DNA of 64,000 nt from Podarcis vaucheri. Its lineage: Eukaryota. Under the pieces are notes generated by a model. That model searched no databases. It worked only from the letters and a program-made list of their open reading frames with translations, and was not told where the DNA came from. A program made the position numbers and the translations under genes. Of this stretch, positions 52,901 through 64,000 are shown in pieces (within the stretch, counting starts at the first letter, position 1; each line of letters starts with the position of its first letter). The stretch is from assembly GCA_965113315.1 (NCBI GenBank), contig OZ220367.1, one strand, 5' to 3'.

Positions 52901-55900
52901 GCAAACTCCAGGTGTCCTACAGGTGGAGTGTATTGATTTCCCTCTTAGATTAGCTTCTTCATATATACTAAGCTATAGTCACAGACCTCTCTCTTACCTT
53001 TCTCCAGCCACAGAGCTTGACGAGGCTAAACGGCACTTAGAAGCCAAGATCTACGATACACTGCAGTGGCAGGTGAGGCAGCACCCCAACAGTTTTGCTT
53101 TGCATGTTTTCTGCATCTAGGACTGGGACCCTGTGCTTAAAAGGTTTGGAGAGTAACTGTGGTTCATAACAATGCTCCTTTCTCTGTCTTTCAGATCTGG
53201 ACCCTTCTGCCTGGTTTCTGTAGCCAGCCTACCGATGTGGTATCCTCCTTCAAAGGACTGGCACGTACTTTGGGCATGGCCATCAGCGATCGCCCTGATC
53301 TGCGGCTCGTTGTGTGCCAAGCTTTGCGCAGGCTAATTAACAAAGGCTGTCAAACAGGTAAGATCTATCTGTGGAAGTGACCCTTGCTCAGTTTACTCTA
53401 GCCAAGTCACTGTGGCTGGAGCTGATCTGTGCTAGTTCTGCTTCTTGCTGAGAATGCAAGAGTGGAGAAAGAGGGGTAGAGAGCCTGGCAGGAGCCCTAC
53501 TGTTGATTCCAACATTTTGAAGCATGCTTCACCAGCAGCATCGTTCTCTTTCTTTCTTTCTTTCTCTCCATTCTCTATATTTGTTTGCTTCTCTTTGCAG
53601 AGGCTGAGCGTGCTGAAGTTGGGCGTTTTGCAAAGAACTTCCTGCCCATTCTATTCAATGCCTATAGCCAGGAGGGTGGTGCCAGCGAAAGCCCTGTACA
53701 GCGGCGTTCTGTGTTGGACACTATAAGGGCTTACTTGACTGTGACGGAGCCAGGGGTGAGCAAAACTCTGTGAACAACACCAGACTTCTGAGATCACCAC
53801 CACTTGCTTTATCATTCTACCTTTCCTCTAGAAAGTGGGAAGCCAGCAGGGTTACTAGTTTTCAAATTCTCAAGACTTGATTTTCAGGGCTTATTTTAAA
53901 CTTTCTTTAATAGTGTGTCTTAATTGTTGTAACCTGCCCCAGGACCTTGGAATGAAGGGTGTTTAACAGATTGTAATAGCAATATCAATCACTTCATGTG
54001 GGCCAGCTCTATAAGTGAACAGCATTGTAGGAACAACAACAACAACAACAATAATAATTTGTATGCCACCCATCTGACTGGGGTGCTTCCAACAAATTAT
54101 AAAACCAGAGTAAAACATCAATCCTTAAAAACTTCCCTATACTAGGCTGCTTTCAAATGTCTTCTAAAAATCAAATAGTTGTTTATTTCCTTGACATCTG
54201 ATGAGAGGGTATTCCACAGGGCTGGCACCACTACCAAGAAGGCCCTCTGCTGGTTCCCTGCAACTTCACTTCCTGCAGGGAGGGAACTGCCAGAAGGCCC
54301 TTGAAGCTGGACCTCAGACAAGGGCCATTCTCCTTATTTTAGTCTCTTAATAGAATTAATATATTTTTGTAGTGATAAAACAGGATGGATCGATGGGCAA
54401 CAGTCTATACACATAAAAGACATTTTCCTTTTCTGTTGTAAGTCCCACATGTTAATATAAAAGCAGATGGGTGGATGTGCAGAACACTGACTATCAGCTC
54501 AAAATGAAAAGCCCTTTGCTAGAAAGGCTTCTCATCTGCCACTTTGGAATGTTTGCTCTTCAAGGTCGTATCAGGGAACTGAAAGAGTGCAGTGTTTGCT
54601 AGTATGGCTTCCAAAAGCACAAGTCAAAATACTGTTTAACCATGAAGTGTTCACGCAGGAAGTTTTATAGCTGAGTTCTCTTAGGCCTTGTCAGATCCAA
54701 TATGGGTGCACTTCTGCTTGCTTCAGACCAACTGGATACAAGTTGGTCACATCTCTAAGGTCTGCCAGTGCTAGGAGAGAGAGGGGCAGGTGTCTGTAGC
54801 TGGATGGATCTCAAATATGGGGGGCAGGCCTAGAAGAATGGGGCTCTGACTGATGACACCTACAAAAACTGAGGCTGCTCAGTTCAGTGGTTTTTGTTGG
54901 GGCAGGGTGCTACTGTTATGGATACTGATTTTTTTTGTATCCTTTTAAAGATTTTATAATAGCATTTATGTGGAAATTGTTCAATTTGTGTACTTTTTGA
55001 TGTTTTATTTATTGTTTATGACTGTGTTTGGTTATGTTTGTAATTATGTGTTTTCCCTTGTTGTGAGCTGCCTTGCGCATGGTTAGAACTATGGAAAGGC
55101 AGCATACAAATAAAAGAATGTATGTGTGGTGCAAAAGGGAAGCTCTGGGGATGACACTCTCTTTATCTCTATTGCAGATGGTGCATGCTTTCCTAGAGAA
55201 AGCTAGTGAGAAACTGACCAGCTCTGATAGTTCAGAGTTCACTAGGTAAGGACACCCCAGAGTTTGGATCCATCTTTTTCCATACAATGGAGAAGAGTAT
55301 CCTCAGATGGGTTGTGCTACCCTCTTTTCTATTGTGTAGGCCTATGTAAATCAGTATTGTTTTCATCTGTCTGTGGAGTAAGCCCCTCTCTGTCCCACTC
55401 CTGTTAAGCTCCAGAGCACCTCATTGGAGGCCTGATTTTTTCCCTCTGTTCTTCCCAGGTGCTCCCCTCTCCCTGCAAGTCAGTGAAGGCAGAGAGAGTG
55501 GGATGCACATGGCTTTTCCATTCCTGGCCCTAGTAATTGTGGAATTTGGTAGGTTTGCACTAATAAGTAGTTGGCTTTGTACTATTCCCAGGGAGAAGCA
55601 GAGTCCTAAAGATTAGCTTTTGTGTTCACGCTTGCTAACTGTGCCTTCCTTGTTGCAGGCTTTCTGTGTTGGACCTTGTTGTAGCCATGGCCCCTTACGC
55701 AGATGAGCCATCTCTGCATGATCTCTATAGCACCATCCAGTCCTCCTTACAGGTGAGCTACCTTTCAGTTGGCTGTTGGAGTGTATGCTGTGGCACATTG
55801 CAAGCTCCAGGCCTGCTAGCTTTGACCACCATGATCCCTGCTCTTCCTGAGAGTGCCATATTGACACCCTTAAAATCAGCTTAGCTATTACATTTAGGGA

Positions 55901-58900
55901 GATAGAGTCTTAATCTGTTCAGAAGGAGGCTGCAGAGTTGTTTGACCTTATCCTTTTTACTTGGCTTCTGCTCCCCAAAGTTGTGTGGAAGCAGTAAGGC
56001 GTGTTTGTTTATGATGCATTGCTATCCTGGTCAGGCATAATCTGTCTGCTTTGGGCAACCCTATGGTCCTTGTTTCATGTTGAGTGCCTATCCTCTTGCA
56101 TCTTCTTGGCCACAGGGATAACTTCCTAGGTGTTTTCCCAGCTGCTTATCCTTGAACATTTTCTGTGTAGCAAAGAGAATGTTCAGGTGATCCAACTGAT
56201 GCTGATTCTGTGCGAAAGACTCATGTAATTGACCCTCACATTCCATATGCTTGTGACATTTAAACAGTCTCTCAACCACATGGAAACCTCTGGCAGATAT
56301 TCAGCTCCTATGCAACTAAAAGATCTAAAAGGGACTAGATGGTCCTCAGGTCCCTTCCAACTTTGTAATTCTATGATTCTATAGATGTGGCCTCTCCCTG
56401 GTTTCTGGAATAATCTTCCCCTGACTTCAATATTGTGCAGGCTGGGAGCCTCTGTTCTTGTGTGCATGCAGTTTGTTTTTGCTAACTGATTTGTCTGGTA
56501 TAATCATCCTAGAACAAAGACCACAGGATACAGAAGAAGGCTTATCGGGTGCTGGAGGAAATATGTGCCTCTGACAGGCCTGCCTGTCAGAACTTTGTTA
56601 GAAGTCATCTGGAGGAGCTACAGAGTGCCCTGCTAGGCTCTTTGCCCAGTGCCACTTCACCTGCCAAGAGGGTAAGGAAGGTGTCTGGGGAGAAGACACT
56701 TACTGCTTTCCCTCTTGTAGTGGGTAGGGTGCTGAAGCACAGGTGGTGATAGAAATAAGCGATTGCTGTGCCTGCCTGTCTCTAACTCCACACTCCCATT
56801 CTTTGTTCCCAGCCCCGTTTGAAGTGCCTCTTCCATGTTGTCAAGCAGCTTGCAGTGGAGCATGAGGATTTCGTTACTGCCCTGGTGCCAGAGGTGAGCA
56901 GAAAAGGCAGTGGCAGGCAGGGTGCTGAAGGAATGGGGAACGTAGGTGGGCATTTGTGTCCGCAGAAGATGGGGAGAAATACTACTTCTGCGGCTAGAGG
57001 TGGGAGCATGCATGGAACTAAATATTCATCTCCAAACAGAGCCAAGTTATGGTACAAGTTCAGCTATATTCTGAATCCCCACATCTTTCTGGCCCATAAA
57101 TGGAATTTTCTCCTCTCCTACCTGCTGCAAACAAACTCAAGCCCTTTGGCAAGTGTAGCTATGCAGCATGGAAATCCTCTCTAATTCCTTGCTTGCCTTG
57201 TTTCTTTTGCATTACAAACATATTGTTCTCATGCTGTGAATAAGCTGTTGTAATTCAGAATTAGGAATTTTGCTTCTCCTACCTTGTGATGAGGGAATAA
57301 ATATATTCCCCCATCAATGGAGGAGGATACCCTGTAGTGGATTGCTGCTCCCACTTACTCCGACAGGCAGGGCTTATACAGTTTTGTCTTAGTCCCTGAC
57401 AGTTGGAAGTTACTGCCAGTTTCTGACCTGCCTGCTCTGCAGCGCTCCATCTTCAGGTTCACCTGATTTGCTCTCTTTTTTAAAAGCAATGAACTAGAAA
57501 TGTTTTCTCCCTCCTTGAATCTGGATTAGATAGCTACTGCCTTTGTGAAATCCTCAGAAGAAGAAGTTCCCTACTGCTGAAAGTGTTTTGTCTGTTGTCA
57601 CACGTTAAAAAAGATTATAGGTCAACTTGATGACTGTAGTTTTTGTGCTTGGGAAAGTCATAGATTGGCTGGAGCTCTGATTTGGTAATACATTTTAGAC
57701 CAATGGCTTATATTTCAGTTCTCTCTGAAAGCTGATGCTGATAATACAGTGATGTTGAAAACTGTGGGGCAGGGGTGGTATGGGGTGATGACAGGTACCT
57801 TTGTATTTAGGTCATTCTCTGCACCAAGGAGGTGTCGGTGGGTGCCCGCAAGAACGCTTACAACTTACTTGTAGAGATTGGTCATGCTTTCCTGCGCTTT
57901 GGCCCCACACCAAAAGGTGAGTCCTGGTTTGCCTACATTGGGCTGTTACCAAAAAGAGATGGACTTTTTTGCCCTGAGCCCCCTGTCTTTCTGTCAAAAG
58001 CTGTGCTGACTCCTATGTACACTCCTTCTATTTTTTATTACCTTACATTGCTTTCCACCTCTGCTTCATTTATTCCAGTAATCTTAGTCAACTCTCCTCT
58101 TATCACTGGTCCATATATCCTTTTCTGAGTTTTTCCAAATTAGTCAAATTTTGCATTTAATTGCTGAATTGAGACCTGGATGAACTTTGTGCAAACTGAA
58201 AATCTGTACATACTGATTTTTTGTGTGTAATTCTGTTTAGCAGAGGGCAATCTATGCAGGGTACTGAAGTCTAACCCCCTGACTACTAGAAATCCTCCTT
58301 AATCTCCTGTTTCAGAGATCTCATCAGACAATGCCTACACATTTTTCAGATTATCCTTGAATCATAAGTACTAGAATTTTAAATTTGGCATCTGATATTA
58401 AATTCCACACTAATTAAAGAAATGCAGGATTCACTTAGCCCAGCCTGAGGCTTTGAATATCCCAGTCTTCCACCCTTGCACTGTATAAAGCAGAACATAT
58501 TTAACATTTCAGACTGGTTCCTGCTTTCAGAAGAAGGGTTTTCAGTAGCCAGAACATGGGGGCTTTTCTGTCGTTCCTAATTCAGTGTCTTATAACTGTT
58601 GCCTGTTCCCTTCCCAATATTGCCTATCTACTATTGATATCCGTACTCTTGTCTTTTTGGTCTCTGATATTCCAGCTAATTCTGAGATCTGGATGTTAGC
58701 ATTGTCTCCATAGTGCCTGGGTTCCTCTTTTGAAAACCATTCATTCACATTGGGTTTTCTGCATCATTGTAGCCATTTTCTGGGGGAGGCTCTTCAGCCC
58801 CAATGCTGTGTGATATAGTTGGTATCTTACTTTTAGCAGTTTCAGTGAAATAACCCCCAGCATTTATTCCCTCCAGATGGAATGCAGCGTTATCTCCTCC

Positions 58901-61900
58901 TGGTTTATGCGGGCTTGACCGGTTCAGTCACCATGATCAGTTGCACGGTGCTCGCTCTTGCCCGTTTGCTCTTTGAGTTCAAAGGTGAGAGATCCGAATG
59001 CCAAAATCTTGCTGGATAATGTTCATAGCCTCAGTAGTTTAGTACAGAATTCTCCTGCGATTGGCAGGCACCAAACAGAGTTTGGAGACTGCTATTTGAA
59101 CTGTGCTTATTGCATGGATGGACATGCTAACGTATATGTCTAAGGGTAACATGAATGGTTGTATTCACTATCCTGAGCAGAGAGCTGTGTGCCAAGCTGT
59201 GTTCCAAGCACCACACCAGTTGTAAGCACTGTGAGGCCTGTGCTGAGTTGCTGCTGAGCAGAAAACTTGCTGAAAGTAATCTGAGCCCTGTGTTGTCTGG
59301 CTCTCAGTAGAATCTGAAGAATTGAAGTATGTCTAAGATTAGCTTTACTCTACTGCAGAACACGTTGGGTCAGATGCCCTGGAGCAGCTCATGCAGCATG
59401 TCTGCCTCATGGTAGGCTCACGGACACGGGATGTCGTCAAGTCAGCTTTGGGCTTCCTCAAGGTCGCACTCTTGCTCCTGGACACGGCACTGTTGAGTCG
59501 GCACTTGGAGACCATGGTGAGAAGAGGGAAGACACTAGGGCAGCCGGTAGGAAGGAAGGTTCTGGGAATAAGAGTAGCTTAGTTTGCGTAACTTAAAGGA
59601 AGTGACGCAGAAAGGTGCCTGAATTGTTGGAACCTATTTCTGCCCGTTGTCTTGTCTAGTTCCTGACTCAAGAGTTCATGGGTATATATTGGAATTAATG
59701 ATCCACTCTTTTCCCAGCTTTGGTGAGGTGTTGTGCCACTTCTTGTGCTGTTGGGAAGCAGTAGAAGCCCGGGGAGCGGGGCAGGTTTGCACACATGCAT
59801 GAGAGAGAGAGAACCAAGGGAATTCATTTCATGCAAGGTGTGGTTGGGGGGGGGGCATCAAAATTCTAAAGCTTGTGCTCTGCTTACAGTTAGAAGCCAT
59901 AGGAGGATTGACAGACGACATGAGACGCCATTTCCGCATGAAGCTGCGAAACCTCCTCTCCAAAATGATCCGCAAATTTGGGTAAGTTCTGGGGTTAGAG
60001 GGAGGACCGGGTAGATCCTGTGTTGTGATGCTCAGGAAGGAAAACTAAGATCTATATCACATTGCTCATACACTGCTCACTCCAAAGCACTTGCTTCCTA
60101 GATGTGCTTGTCTTGAACTGTGCCGTCTTGGATACAGCTTCATGCACACAAAACCTATCTTGAGAGTGATGACCAAGCACTTGATAGTAGTCCAGATGTT
60201 GCTGGACTCCAAATGACATTAGCTCTAACCATTATGGCCAAAGGTCTGGGATTAGCTGGAATTTTAGTCCCAGCAGTTGGAAGACCACAGCTTAAGCATT
60301 GGTCTAACATCTGTCTGACTTCTATGACTGGTAGTGGGGGATACGTGAGAGACTGATTTCTGTGACACTGTTCTTCCGCCTTTACTTCCCAGGTTTGAGC
60401 CTTTGCAGGCTTTGCTTCCTGAGTCGTATCGCAAGGTGCTGTTGAATATCCGCAAGGCTGAGGCAAGGAACCGCAAGCGGCAAGCTGTGAAACGGGCAGC
60501 AGCCACTTCTGTAGAAGAAGGAGGACCGCCACAGCGTCCCATGGGGGAGAGGTATTGATGTAGTGCTGGTCTTGTCTTCATGTCCTGCCATTGTTGAACC
60601 TAAAAGCTACAGTTTTTTAAGGCTAGAGCAGGAGGGGTGCCTGCCATGACAAGTGCGTTAGAAAATGAAGTGTTCTTTATGTTCCTCTGCACCCTCAGTA
60701 AGTACTACTTGTATTGCCTCCTGCCTTCTTGTTTACAGTATGGAGGAGGTCCTGGCAGACTCGGACTCTGATCTTGAAGATGACATCAAGCAGCACAAAG
60801 GAAAAGAAACCAGGAAAGTGCTACGGCAACAAAGCCAGGCCTGGCTTAAGGAGGGAGAAGGCGATGAGCCCCTCAACTTCTTGGACCCTAATGTGGCCCA
60901 AAGGGTTCTGGGTAAGGAGCAGTTTGACAGTGGCACAATCTGCCTTTTCAGTCTGGGGAAAGTGGGAGATCATTTATGCTGAGATAAAGGGGCTGTCCTA
61001 TCTCCTTGTAAGTCTTTTGTGATCTTCTTTTATGCAGCTACGAAACCAGGCATGGGCCAGGCTGCTAAAATCAGCCATGACTTCAAGGTATCAGCTGATG
61101 GCCGTCTCATTATATGTGAAGAGGAGGAGGAGGAAGAAGGGGCTAAAGGTACTGGTGGATGGTTTAATGTTTTCAGCTGAAAACTGGCCATCAGTGGTCT
61201 ACAAACTATGACTGGGCTTGGTATCCAAGCAATAGTTTATGTTAACCAGCTGTGGAGTCCAGTTCCACTATGATAGTATCAATATTGTATACGTTTATTG
61301 ATCCTGATACTGTTTGATGGACTTGTTTGAAGTTAGATAACTTGGGCTTTATGTAGGCTGGTGAACATGTGATTTATTTGTTTTACTTTCAACATGTGAT
61401 TCACTCCAGGGCTTTTGACACTTTTAGCCCTTTCAAATTAAGACTGTTCACTGTCTTCACATAAAATTATAATGTGCTTAAATATGTATTTACTTCAAAC
61501 TATTTTTATACTGCTCTTCCATTAAAACAATTAAATAATTATAATGTAATAATATGATAATTTACTGGAAACATAAAGCAGTCCAATAAAACATACAATA
61601 CAATGTAGGTACCACCACAGAGAAAGCACTCTTCCATGTAATCACAAATGGAGTTAGTGCCATAGGATGCAACGCAAATCAGCAGCGCCTCCTCCAAATA
61701 TCTTAGGGAACAACTAAAATATGTTGCTCAGGGCTTACCAGCTGTTAAATATTAACCCAACTTACATTGTTTCCTGGTAATAAAAAACAGCAACCAAAAT
61801 GTGTGTGGATTATTACAAAAATGAAGCACTAGCAGTTTTTCAAAGAGTGTTCTGGTGTGCTTGTGGCATGATTGCAGTCCTGTCCATATTCTCCTGGGAG

Positions 61901-63644
61901 TAAGCTCCTTTGAACACTTTGGTGTTTGCTTCTGATTAAAGTTTTATCATTTCAATGTGTAAAAACATTTTGAACAGCTGAAATGCATACTTTTAACTAT
62001 AAATGCAAATGATTTTACAATGATGTTTTATGTATTGTTCTCACGCTGATTTTTGTTCTCTGTTATAGGAGTGGATGAAGAGATGGCAGATCTTATGCAG
62101 GAAGTCGGGATCCGAAGTGTAAGTACTGAGACATGGGCAGGAGGGGGGAAATAGGAATTTCAAGCATTTTCTTTAAAGGCCCACACAGTTGCCAAGGTGA
62201 ATTGCTTGCTGAAATCAAAGGGGAACTGAGCTTGACTGTCAAATACAGTTCTTGTTACCAAGCAGATAATGCAGGAAAGGGAGAAGGCCTTGGAACCTAG
62301 TGAGAAGCCTAATTCATGTAGCAAGTGCTGATGCTTGGAAACTCTGTTGCAGAAAAAGGCTCAAAAGCGCAGATTCCGGGAAGAAGCAGATGATGAGGAA
62401 CTGGGCACTGATGCAAAACCACAATATAAGGGTAAGTGCTTTTTTCTGGGCTGGTGGTGTGGAGTTAGCTGCCTTATCACATTGGATACATATCCCTTTA
62501 ATAGGGAAGGGAAAGAGAATGAGATGCTGCTTAAGGTTATTTATATACCACCATCTCAGAAAATTTCAGGATGGTATACAATGAAATGTTTACATAAAAC
62601 ACCATTAAAAAGAGTACAAAATAATCATTTCAAGCAGCTGTATAGGCCTGCTGACATATAGAGATGCCTGAAAGTCAAAAGCAAGGATACCTGCCAAATC
62701 TCTGCTGGAAGAGTGTTCCACACCATGGCCAACTTCTACTCAAGTCCAGTTGAACCTCTGAAACAGGGGATAATGTGCTTATGCTACAAAACCACTCAGT
62801 GCTATGTCTTGCTCCCAGTTAAACCTTAACACAGATAGCCCATCCCCAGTATGCTTTCTCGTGCTGCTGAAGCACAATGTGGTCGGGGAAGTGTTTCAAA
62901 CAGGCTGGCTGCACTTCAAGCATTGTTGGCTACAAGAAGCCTACAATCCAGTGGCGGACTGGGCAGAAACCTTTTTGTACAGCTGAGAGAAGCCGAGAAA
63001 CTATTCCATTATTGTTTGTTCTTCACAGCTGGAGGTGTTGGAATCCATCGGCCTATTGGCAAGAATGCAGCACCTAGGCAAGCATACAAGGCAAAGGTAA
63101 GATTGTGATGTGAATAGTTAGGACCTGGCATTGTCATAACTCCCAGGAGTTGATTATTTGTATAGAGCCACTTTTCCCACATCATAGGAAACCTTGTTTA
63201 TTGGACTTACCAAGCAACTCAAGTACAGATTCATAGTATCAAAGTATGTTAAAAGATGTATTGGTACAGACATTGAAGATTTCTTGTCTCCTACCAGGAA
63301 ATTTCCTTGACTGACTTATGGCAGTCTTCTACATAGCACAGCATTCTATTAACTTCCACCCTAAACACAGGGCTGCAGGCTGGCTCCCTTTTAAAGACGA
63401 ATCTCTGTATCTCTAAGCTAGATCCGGTTTTGAATAATTGATCTGAATGTGAGGCATTGATAGACGTTGTGAGAGCTGATGTGAAGGCCCATTTTGGCGG
63501 AAGTCTACATTTTTCCATGTCTTGCTTCTAGTCACTAAGCACTGATTCTCTTCTGTTTCTACAGAAAGCCAAAGGTGATATCAAGAAGGGCCGCCTGGAT
63601 CCTTATGCCTACATCCCACTGAACAGAGCCAAACTTAACAGAAG
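43778..63644 (+). CDS. RRP12: RRP12 ribosomal RNA processing 12 homolog (NUC173/HEAT); 3'-partial, 33 coding exons in window
   Basis: Exons (GT-AG, frame-consistent, 3785 nt): 43778-43916, 44789-45030, 46190-46273, 47157-47233, 48247-48352, 48806-48922, 49192-49330, 49478-49605, 49921-50019, 50234-50325, 50415-50526, 51057-51157, 51253-51367, 51655-51797, 52327-52448, 53008-53072, 53195-53357, 53601-53755, 55178-55245, 55659-55752, 56513-56671, 56813-56893, 57811-57916, 58877-58984, 59359-59516, 59890-59981, 60393-60551, 60739-60911, 61038-61148, 62069-62118, 62353-62431, 63029-63096, 63565-63644. N-terminus [25 protein letters not shown]; also [29 protein letters not shown]. The stop codon lies beyond the window. 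Confidence 0.97.
44194..44428 (+). mobile_element. Tigger-like MITE, family A copy 3
   Basis: Same TIRs, TA flanks and interior; RRP12 intron 1. Confidence 0.9.
45339..45552 (+). mobile_element. Tigger-like MITE, family A copy 4
   Basis: Same TIRs, TA flanks and interior; RRP12 intron 2. Confidence 0.9.
47936..48186. mobile_element. Tigger-like MITE with central palindrome, RRP12 intron 4
   Basis: TA|TAGTCATACCTTGGA ... TCCAAGGTATGACTG|TA; internal ATTGGCTGCAGGA-GCT-TCCTGCAGCCAAT hairpin near 48073-48101. Confidence 0.8.
54040..54318 (-). mobile_element. L2-clade LINE 3' end
   Basis: Colinear with 29190-29490. Confidence 0.8.
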
Positions 63645-63699
63645 GTATGATATGGGGATGCTGTGGGGAGAGCATAGGAAGCTGCATATACTAGGCCAT

Positions 63700-63856
63700 A
63701 CTGCTCATTCATATAGCTGACTATTACCACAATGACCAATCACAGCTCTTCAGGGAGGTCTTTGCCATCACTTGCTACCTGGTTAGAGATGTTAAGCACT
63801 GAATTTGGCACCTTCTGCAGACAGATCATGTCCTCTATCACTTGGATTGATCCCTA
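63700..63856 (-). mobile_element. Degraded tRNA-derived SINE
   Basis: Diverged similarity to the element at 1-148. Confidence 0.4.
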
Positions 63857-64000
63857 GCCAGGAGAAAAGTGGAATGTGGAAGCATTCGGTTGTGCAGGTT
63901 ACGGGTTGCATCCATTGTTAGTTCTGCTTGGCGTGGAAACATTGAAATTAATGGCCTTGACTAACTTAGGCCCTTAATTTCAACAGGTCTACTAAGAGTA

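Overview
Vertebrate genomic DNA, very probably a squamate and likely a lacertid lizard. That is inferred from a Sauria SINE, a BovB LINE and tRNA-derived SINEs. The window holds the conserved five-gene housekeeping block MMS19(+) / ZDHHC16(-) / EXOSC1(+) / PGAM1(-) / RRP12(+), in the order I recall for human 10q24.1, read in reverse. I rebuilt all exons by hand from splice sites and reading frame. ZDHHC16, EXOSC1 and PGAM1 are complete, MMS19 lacks its first exons and RRP12 lacks its last exon. EXOSC1 is essentially invisible in the ORF track. Most ORF-track entries are exon read-through or noise. I found no convincing wholly new biological system. The best leads are: (1) U12-type (minor spliceosome) introns in both genes of the ZDHHC16/EXOSC1 head-to-head pair; (2) a spliced uORF whose stop overlaps the ZDHHC16 start codon (AUGA), with a candidate cassette exon that would rewire it; (3) a MITE that appears to supply the PGAM1 intron-1 branch point; (4) retroelement-borne poly(A) signals in the last MMS19 intron; (5) MITE pairs bracketing exons of PGAM1 and RRP12.
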